Assembly: GCA_041179425.1 (NCBI GenBank)
Contig: JBEGTL010000003.1
Location: 1 to 48,250 of the forward strand
Direction: 5' to 3'
From: Pseudomonadota bacterium
Lineage (GTDB): Bacteria; Myxococcota_A; Polyangia; Polyangiales; DASUME01
DNA length: 48,250 nucleotides
In this document: one piece after another, positions 38,760 through 45,608 of the stretch
How positions within the stretch are numbered: the first letter of the stretch is position 1
How the letters are laid out: each line of letters begins with the position of its first letter
Notes under the pieces: model-generated
Told to the model about the DNA's origin: nothing
Seen by the model: the letters and a program-made list of their open reading frames with translations, nothing else
The model's database searches: none
Position numbers and translations under genes: made by a program

Positions 38760-39386
38760 TCAACGCAGCGTGCGCACCGGGCCGAGCTGGACGCCCAAAG
38801 GAGGCGCGATCAGCACCCTCACATGGTCTCCCTCGACCAGCACTTCAGCGCTCTCGATGCCGCGGGCGCGCAGCTGCCGCAAGATCTTATCGCGTAGCTC
38901 GGCGTCGCTCATGCCTGGTTCGCGCAGCTGGTCCAGCGGCAGCGGTGCGAGTTCGACGGGTCCGTTCGCCATCCCTGGTGCGCGGTGGCGGAGCTCGATG
39001 TGGTGGCCGGCCGTGTCGTCGGCGCTGAGCTCGATGCGAGTCTCTTGCTTCGTGCGTTCTACCGAGACTTCGTTCGGGGTCCAGCCTTGATCGCCGAGCT
39101 GCTGACGGATCTCGCCTGCGGCTTGGTGGTCGGTCTTGCCAGCCAGCTCGACGACCACGCGGAACACGGCATCGCGGGCGACCGCGTAGACCTTACTCCA
39201 GCCAACGCCGGTGCAGAACACAAGCACCGCGAACGCGAACACGGTGGCCAGCGCAGTCCGAGCTCGTGCACGAGGTTGACCTCGCGCGTGCAGTAGCTGC
39301 CTCGTGTGTGCGAGCGAAGGCATGGCGTCTGCGGTCTCCGCAGCCAGCCGTCGATGGTCCGAAGCGATCAGCAATTCGATGTTCAT
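38760..39386 (-). CDS. Putative membrane anti-sigma factor
   Basis: ATGA-coupled to the ECF sigma, RBS AGGAGGAG, short N-terminal region, one TM helix, extracytoplasmic tail. Confidence 0.65.
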   Translation of the reverse strand: MNIELLIASDHRRLAAETADAMPSLAHTRQLLHARGQPRARARTALATVFAFAVLVFCTGVGWSKVYAVARDAVFRVVVELAGKTDHQAAGEIRQQLGDQGWTPNEVSVERTKQETRIELSADDTAGHHIELRHRAPGMANGPVELAPLPLDQLREPGMSDAELRDKILRQLRARGIESAEVLVEGDHVRVLIAPPLGVQLGPVRTLR

Positions 39387-39919
39387 GGCAGCTCCTCCTT
39401 CAGTGCGAGCGGTCCCCGTGCGGCCGCATCCCTCAGGTAGCGGGCTCGCAATCGAGCGCGCGCACGCACAACGCGTGACTTGATCGCCGCCAGCGAGTCG
39501 CCCTGCAGCGCGGCGATCTCGTCGAGGCGAAACTCGGACAGGTCGGACAGCACCAGCGCTTCGCGTTCCTTCGCGTTCAGCGTCGCCAGCGCGCGGGCCA
39601 TACGCTGCGCGCCCTCGTCCGCAAACGCGGGCTCCACCGCGGGTTCCGCGACCTGATCCAACGGAAGCAGCCGACGCCAAAAGTCGCGCCGGTGGCGCTG
39701 CCGGTGCAGACGCAGCAGGATCGCGAAGAACCAGGAGCGGAAGCGCGCCTCCTCGCGCAACGTGCCCAGCCGGTCGAACGCGCGCAAGACGGCGTCTTGA
39801 AACAGGTCGTCGCCATCCGCGCGGCTCCGCGACAGGCGCCGCGCAGTCAGCACCGCCTGGTGGTGCAAGGGTTCGAGCAGCCTCAGCAGCCGCTCACTCG
39901 TTTGTTCATCCGTGTCCAT
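39383..39919 (-). CDS. ECF RNA polymerase sigma factor
   Basis: Region 2 DDLFQDAVLRAF...FRSWFFAI; region 4 EREALVL...LDEIAAL...IKSRVVRARARL. Confidence 0.92.
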   Translation of the reverse strand: MDTDEQTSERLLRLLEPLHHQAVLTARRLSRSRADGDDLFQDAVLRAFDRLGTLREEARFRSWFFAILLRLHRQRHRRDFWRRLLPLDQVAEPAVEPAFADEGAQRMARALATLNAKEREALVLSDLSEFRLDEIAALQGDSLAAIKSRVVRARARLRARYLRDAAARGPLALKEELP

Positions 39920-39985
39920 GCCCAGGGAGACACGTCAGCGGCGCCAAAAGTTGCAGCGAAAGACGGTATGGACGCGACGACCGCG

Positions 39986-40102
39986 TTACCTCTGTGCCGT
40001 CTGGTCAGACGAGAGCACGCGGTAGTGGTACGTGTACAGCTCGCGAAAACCGCACTGCGTCGGTTCGAGCTCGGCCGGAAATACTGAGCTCGTGATCGCC
40101 CT
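39986..40102 (-). pseudogene. Orphan 3' gene end
   Basis: GC3-rich frame AITSSVFPAELEPTQCGFRELYTYHYRVLSSDQTAQR* bounded upstream by the CTAG repeat. Confidence 0.35.
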
Positions 40103-40103
40103 G

Positions 40104-40119
40104 CTAGCTAGCTAGCTAG
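40104..40119. repeat. (CTAG)4 palindromic repeat giving stops in all six frames
   Basis: ctagctagctagctag read directly. Confidence 0.95.
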
Positions 40120-40258
40120 CTCGCTCGACCACCACTGCAGACTCTTCGCCGAGTAATCTTGCGTCTCGCAGAACTCCTTCAGCTCAAGACCACTCGCTTG
40201 CCATGCCTCGACACGTGCCGCCCACTCTGATGGAGATGCTGGGGCCGAGCTATCCACC
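40108..40258 (-). mobile_element. IS66-family TnpA-like N-terminal fragment
   Basis: EWAARVEAWQASGLELKEFCETQDYSAKSLQWW fits the IS66 TnpA HTH pattern; ends in the CTAG repeat; no tnpB/tnpC or terminal repeats seen. Confidence 0.65.
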
Positions 40259-41953
40259 CGAACCTGCGTGGGGGACTCGTGTCGAGCTGAGCGCACCCGC
40301 AAGGTAGTCATCGCGCAGCGCGATGCGTCGGATCTTGCCGCTCGTCGTGCGTGTGATCGTTCGCGGACGCACGATCACTACTTCTTGGAGCGGTAGCCGA
40401 AAGACGCTGAGCACCGCGACGCGGATGCGCGCCGAGAGCTCCGCCACGCGGTCCGACCGCCGCCAGTCGCGCGACTCTGCAACTACTACGACCTCTTCCG
40501 TGCCGGTCTGGGAATCGTGGTAGCCAAACGCTGCGTTGAGCAGAAGCTCTGGAATGTGGCTCCGCACGCAGTGCTCGACGTCGGTGGGGGAGAAGGCCTC
40601 GCCGCCCCGCTTTACCATCTCCTTGACGCGGCCCACGATGAACAGCTCGCCGGCATGCACGACTCCCAGGTCGCCAGTTCTCAGGGGATCGGGCAGTCCG
40701 ATCAGCTCCCCGTCGCTGCGCAGTGACGCGCGAGCGCTTGCATCGCCGCTGATCGCGACCTCGCCGACTTCGTTCTCGCCGAGCGTCCGCCCGTCCTCGT
40801 CCAAGACGACGAAGCGAGTGCCAGCGACGGCAAACCCATTGCCTGCGCGCGAAACCGTCTCGTCGGAGCTCGCCTCTCGCAGTGCGACACGCCCGTTTCG
40901 TAGCTCGGCGCGATCGAAGTTGCGGACCAGTCGCGGGGTCCCGGGCGGCCGCACGGCCACTGCCACGCAGTTCTCCGCCAGGCCGTAGCCAGGCTGGATC
41001 ACGTGCTTCCGGAGGCCATACGCGGCGAAGAACCGCTCGAAGGCATCGCATGCAGCCGCATCGACGATCTCCGCGCCGTTGATGCTGGTGCGCAGCGCCG
41101 ACAGGTCGAAACCTGCGCACGGCGCGGCGGAGAGTCTCGCCTTGGCCAGCACGAGGTCGTAGGCGAACTGCGGTGCCATGCTGATCGTCGAGCGCTGTGT
41201 GCTCATCTGTCTGAGCCAGCCGATCGGATCCATGATGAACGCCTGCGGCGTCCCGAGCGTCAGGCCGGCGCCGACGCGCAGCGAGGTGAGCACGGCAGCC
41301 ACCAGACCCATGTCGTGAAAAAGCGGGAGCCACGAGTAGACACGGTCTTGGGCCGTCCAGTCGATGCCGAGACAGAATCCGCGGGCGTTGGCGCTCAGCT
41401 GCTCGTGACGCAGACACAGGCCCTTCGGCTCGGCCGTGCTGCCTGCGGAGAACTGGATGATTGCAGCTCGCCCCTCGGGCATTTGACAGCGGTCAGCGGC
41501 CGGGTCGAGACCACTGGGCTGGTGACTCGTCTCGAGAGCGAGCACGCGGGTGCTCGTGGCAGCCTCGGCAGCGGCACGCTCGTGGCATTCGAACTCACTG
41601 CGATGCGTCAGCAAGTAAGGTGCGCGGCTGGCGCGTAGGATGGAGACGATTCGCTCGAAGTCTTTGCCCACGGCGCGCAGGTCTGGCCTGTAATAGAGAG
41701 GGAGGACCGTGCCGCCTGCATGCAGGACGCCCAGCGTCGAGATCACGCAATCGAGCGTGTTAGACATCGAGATGGCCGCGCGCTGACCGCAGGTAAACCC
41801 GTCGGCCCTCAGGGCCTCCGACTTCTGCACGACCAGGCTCCAGAGCGCGCGATAGCTCAAGGTAGGAGCGTCGCGTCCCAGCTTGAGTTCCGCGGGATTG
41901 TCGCGCACCGCGTGCTCGCGAATCGCTTCGAGAAAGTGAGCTGGCTCAGACAT
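40250..41953 (-). CDS. Fatty acyl-AMP ligase (FAAL)
   Basis: QFSAGSTAEPKG, SWLPLFHDMGLV, NGAE, PGYGLAE, RTGDLG, RTTSGKIRR. Confidence 0.9.
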   Translation of the reverse strand: MSEPAHFLEAIREHAVRDNPAELKLGRDAPTLSYRALWSLVVQKSEALRADGFTCGQRAAISMSNTLDCVISTLGVLHAGGTVLPLYYRPDLRAVGKDFERIVSILRASRAPYLLTHRSEFECHERAAAEAATSTRVLALETSHQPSGLDPAADRCQMPEGRAAIIQFSAGSTAEPKGLCLRHEQLSANARGFCLGIDWTAQDRVYSWLPLFHDMGLVAAVLTSLRVGAGLTLGTPQAFIMDPIGWLRQMSTQRSTISMAPQFAYDLVLAKARLSAAPCAGFDLSALRTSINGAEIVDAAACDAFERFFAAYGLRKHVIQPGYGLAENCVAVAVRPPGTPRLVRNFDRAELRNGRVALREASSDETVSRAGNGFAVAGTRFVVLDEDGRTLGENEVGEVAISGDASARASLRSDGELIGLPDPLRTGDLGVVHAGELFIVGRVKEMVKRGGEAFSPTDVEHCVRSHIPELLLNAAFGYHDSQTGTEEVVVVAESRDWRRSDRVAELSARIRVAVLSVFRLPLQEVVIVRPRTITRTTSGKIRRIALRDDYLAGALSSTRVPHAGSGG

Positions 41954-44177
41954 CTCGGCCCCAGACTCCCATGCGGATTCGTGGCAGCAAGCTTGCCGCG
42001 TAGGTGTCGCGCATCATTTCCGAAGTTCCGGCGAACACCGAGAAGATGCGCGAGTCACGCAACGCACGTGTGACGTGCACGGTGGTCTCCGTGGAGACTG
42101 GCAGACACTCCAGAGCGTCGGCGGCCACTTCGATCGCTCGCTGCGCTGTCTCGCAAGCGGCATACTTGAGCATTGCTGCGTCGGTGCGTTCGAGCTCGCC
42201 GCGCGTCGTTTTCTCGATGACGTGGTAGGCGAGGGCCCGTCTACCCTCGACCCGCGCCAGCTCGCCGAGCAGCCTGGGCGTGTGTGCGCTGGCGAGCTCG
42301 GGCGCTCGTTCGAGCACGCGCAGCACGCGGAGCAAGCAGCTGCTCGCCAGCTCGAGGGAGCCGGCGGCGATCAGCACGCGCTCGTGGAGCGTGGCATCGG
42401 CAAAGTAGCTCAGGCCGAGCCCGGCGCGTCCGATGAGGTTGTGCTTGGGAACGCGCACGCTGCGGAAGTCGAGCGTGCCGGTGGGCGAGCCGCGCAGGCC
42501 GAGCTTGTCGTACGGAGCCGAAGCAGTCACACCTGGCGCGTCCGAGGGCACCAACAACAGGCAAGCTTGAAACGGCTGGCCGTCCGCACTCGAGCGAGCG
42601 AGCACCAGAGCGAAGTCCGCGACCGGCGCGTTGGTGATGAAGACCTTTCGGCCATCGACGACATAGTCGGAGCCGTCCTCGTGGGCGACCGTCTGCATGG
42701 CGCCGGTGAGATCGGAGCCACCACCGGGCTCCGTGATTCCAAAGGCGATCACTGCGGAGCCAGACAGGATGCGCGGCAGAAGATGCTCACGGAGCAGCGG
42801 CGTTCCGTGGTTGGCAACGAGCGAAAAGACCGCTCCGGCCGCCACCAACAGGCTGACGGCCGCACTGGCCGACGCCTTCGACATGAGCTCCTCGATCAGC
42901 GCAACGCTGTAGCTGAGGTCGCGGCCCGGCCCGCCGTGCTCGAGCGGCACCATCGAGGTGGTCAGTTGCTCGCGCGCGAAGCGCTGGTGCACGTGTCGAA
43001 AGTCAGACAGGCTTTCTTGCTCGCCGGCGCTCGCCCGCGGCAGCGCGGTCGCTATCACCCGGCGCGCCCGCGCACGGAAGTCCACGTGCTCCGGAGTCGC
43101 AAACGAGCAGCTTCCTCGCGGCAGACCGGCCTCGGGAAGCAAGCCGCCGAGCTGTCGCTCGATCTCCGCGCACAGAATGTGCTTGCTCCCGAACAGACGA
43201 CAGAGGCTGCGGCAGTCGCGGTACGCGCGGGCTGCGTCATGCTCGCTCAAGAAGCCGCGCCCGCCGTGGAGCTGCTGGCAGTCTTTGACGAACTCGGGAA
43301 GCGAGTCATGCACGTTGGCGCACAGCATCAGCACACGCAGCGCTCGTCCCGGCGAATCCACGGCGGCGGCACGCAGCTGTGACTCGAGTGTTGTTTGGCA
43401 CGAGCAGAGGTCCGCGATGCGATGGCGTATGACCTGCTGTGTCGCGAGCACACTGCCGCGGAATGGTCTCGATCCGAGAAAGTCGAAGGTCGCAGCGAGT
43501 AGCTGCCGCGACCAGGCGATCAGAGCATGAGCAGCGCGAAGGCGGTGCTGCTCGGTCAACGAAGCTAGTGCTACCGGGTCGAGGTACGCGCTCTGCGAGG
43601 GCGCTATCAGCACGCGATCGAACGCGATCGAGCAAAGCCCGGCAGCGCCGAGGCCCATGTCCAGCCCTGGACGCCGAGATACTCCCTGCGCATCAAGCGG
43701 TACCTGACACAGCTCGGTCGCCGAGACACGCAAGAGCAGAGTAGAAACATGGGCGCCAGAAACGACTCCATGGACGGTTCCGGTGAGCTGCCTCGTGCCA
43801 TTTGCAGACAGACTGACGGCCAGGTCCGAGGCGAGCTCGAACCACGGTGCGGGTAGCGTGGTCAGGGCCGAGCGCAGTCCGCTCGCTCGCTGAAGCTCGC
43901 GGGCGGCGCGCAGGGTCGCGAGCGCGACAACCGCACCCAGCGATCGGCCTCCGTCCAGCGAGGAGAGCAGCTGGGCAGCCGGGGTGGCGGGCTCGACCGA
44001 CTCACCCGCGCACTCGAGCTCGGACCAGACGTCAGTCGGCAGCGCGCCGTGAGCCTCCCAGTGCTCCACATCGTACCTGGGCGGCTCCGCGAGCTCGATG
44101 CGGCGAGTGTCCACCGTCCGAGTGTCCACCGTCAGGAGCGCGCTGGGCTCCGCGCTGGCTGCTGGCGACGCACTCAT
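41946..44177 (-). CDS. Tandem (two-domain) acyl-CoA/acyl-ACP dehydrogenase
   Basis: Degenerate N-terminal unit (RPFRG..QVIRHRIAD, QLHGGRGF..E, RAYRD) and canonical C-terminal unit (FGITEPGGGSD, GRKVFITNA, KLGLRGSPT, ERV, RDSRIFSVFAGTSE); ATGA overlap with the ACP. Confidence 0.88.
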   Translation of the reverse strand: MSASPAASAEPSALLTVDTRTVDTRRIELAEPPRYDVEHWEAHGALPTDVWSELECAGESVEPATPAAQLLSSLDGGRSLGAVVALATLRAARELQRASGLRSALTTLPAPWFELASDLAVSLSANGTRQLTGTVHGVVSGAHVSTLLLRVSATELCQVPLDAQGVSRRPGLDMGLGAAGLCSIAFDRVLIAPSQSAYLDPVALASLTEQHRLRAAHALIAWSRQLLAATFDFLGSRPFRGSVLATQQVIRHRIADLCSCQTTLESQLRAAAVDSPGRALRVLMLCANVHDSLPEFVKDCQQLHGGRGFLSEHDAARAYRDCRSLCRLFGSKHILCAEIERQLGGLLPEAGLPRGSCSFATPEHVDFRARARRVIATALPRASAGEQESLSDFRHVHQRFAREQLTTSMVPLEHGGPGRDLSYSVALIEELMSKASASAAVSLLVAAGAVFSLVANHGTPLLREHLLPRILSGSAVIAFGITEPGGGSDLTGAMQTVAHEDGSDYVVDGRKVFITNAPVADFALVLARSSADGQPFQACLLLVPSDAPGVTASAPYDKLGLRGSPTGTLDFRSVRVPKHNLIGRAGLGLSYFADATLHERVLIAAGSLELASSCLLRVLRVLERAPELASAHTPRLLGELARVEGRRALAYHVIEKTTRGELERTDAAMLKYAACETAQRAIEVAADALECLPVSTETTVHVTRALRDSRIFSVFAGTSEMMRDTYAASLLPRIRMGVWGRDV

Positions 44178-44437
44178 TGGCCACATCGTGTGCGCTCCAA
44201 GAGTCCGACCAGCAGCGCGACGAATTCGCGCAGGGTGGTGTCACGCGTGAACGGCTGTTCGGACTGCGTGAGGTCTAGCCGCACCCCGAAGTGCTTCTCG
44301 ACGCCAAGCACGACCTCGGCAGAGCTGAGCGAATCTAGCCCGAGCTCGTCCAGCTTGAAGTCGTCGCTGAGAAAGTCCGCCGGGACGCGCAGCTTGGTGG
44401 CGATCACCGTTTTAATGGTCTGAGTGTTGTCGTTCAT
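44174..44437 (-). CDS. Stand-alone acyl carrier protein
   Basis: ELGLDSL phosphopantetheine motif, EKHFGV; RBS GGAG. Confidence 0.92.
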   Translation of the reverse strand: MNDNTQTIKTVIATKLRVPADFLSDDFKLDELGLDSLSSAEVVLGVEKHFGVRLDLTQSEQPFTRDTTLREFVALLVGLLERTRCGQ

Positions 44438-44453
44438 GATTGACTCCAGGGAG

Positions 44454-45608
44454 CTAAGCTAGATCCGGGTTGATCTCGAAGATCGGGAAGTAAGTGTCCA
44501 GAGCGTTGCTGGTGAAGCGACGCGCGAGGTCGGGGATGTCATGCCAGTGCCAGGTGGGCTGGCCGCAGGGCGGCATCCAGTCAGAGCCTGCCATGTAGTC
44601 ACAGGCCTCGACGGCCACCGAGTGACGAACGCCATGTGTGTGGACGAAGGAGTGGCGGTTCATGCACGCCTCGATTCGACTGGTCACCATCGTACCACCC
44701 TGATCCCAGCCCGAGCTGGTGACCACGCCCTGACGGCCGAGCGCACGCAGGGTGGCGCGCAGCACCGGCGCGCCAACGTTGTCGATGAAAATTCCAACCC
44801 TACCCTCGCCCGTGTGCTCGCGAACGGCGCGCAGGAATACTCCCTCACTGCGCATGTAGCGAAGACTGTAGCTCGGGTCACTCGCGAACCGCGCGGCGTC
44901 GAAGCACAGGTCCGGAAAGTTGCGACGATCCACCGGCGCAATCCCGGCTGCCGCGATCTGTGCCAGGCGTGCATCGGTCGATGCGATCATCGCGACCCGA
45001 CAGCCGAAGCTCGCCGCGAGCTGCAGCTCAGCGAGAGAGACTCCGCCGCCCCAGCCCCAGACCCAGGGCTTGGGATCGTCGGCCACGGACATCTGCGCCC
45101 GATAGCATGCGATCGCTACCTTCCAGTTGTCGTAGGCAGTCAGATAGCGAATCGAGATTGCCGCCCACTGCGCAAGCGAGTGCCGTGACGGCTGCGGGAT
45201 GCGATACAGCTGCTCGCGCTTGAGCTTGGTGCGCTTGGCAAGCATGCCGACGCTCCCACGCGCGTCGTATCCGAACACCCGGGTCAAAAAGCCATGCGCG
45301 TCCGACGAGCCGACCGGGATCAGTGCGCACGCGTCGCCCTCGCGCAGGTCCTGCACATGGGAGCCTACTTCGAGTACACGCACGACACCGGCATTGCCGA
45401 GCACGACGGTAGCTTCCATGCGCAGACGACAGATGTCGACGGGCTTGCGTCGCAGCGCGTGCGACATGTTTCCCTCCCAGCATCCGTAGATCGGCGCGGC
45501 GAGGATCTCATCGGGCTGCAGGTCGGAAAGCTCGAGCGTCTCGAGCTGGAGCTCGGCCTCGCGGTCGTCATCGAGAGGATGGATGACCCAAGCTTCAGTG
45601 CGAATCAT
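44454..45608 (-). CDS. Medium-chain dehydrogenase/reductase, distantly crotonyl-CoA carboxylase/reductase-like
   Basis: GroES-like GVVRVLEVGSHV..LREGD, TAY, VWGWGGGVS nucleotide-binding loop, IDNVG; no GHE zinc motif; start MIRTE at 45608 with GGAGG. Confidence 0.75.
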   Translation of the reverse strand: MIRTEAWVIHPLDDDREAELQLETLELSDLQPDEILAAPIYGCWEGNMSHALRRKPVDICRLRMEATVVLGNAGVVRVLEVGSHVQDLREGDACALIPVGSSDAHGFLTRVFGYDARGSVGMLAKRTKLKREQLYRIPQPSRHSLAQWAAISIRYLTAYDNWKVAIACYRAQMSVADDPKPWVWGWGGGVSLAELQLAASFGCRVAMIASTDARLAQIAAAGIAPVDRRNFPDLCFDAARFASDPSYSLRYMRSEGVFLRAVREHTGEGRVGIFIDNVGAPVLRATLRALGRQGVVTSSGWDQGGTMVTSRIEACMNRHSFVHTHGVRHSVAVEACDYMAGSDWMPPCGQPTWHWHDIPDLARRFTSNALDTYFPIFEINPDLA

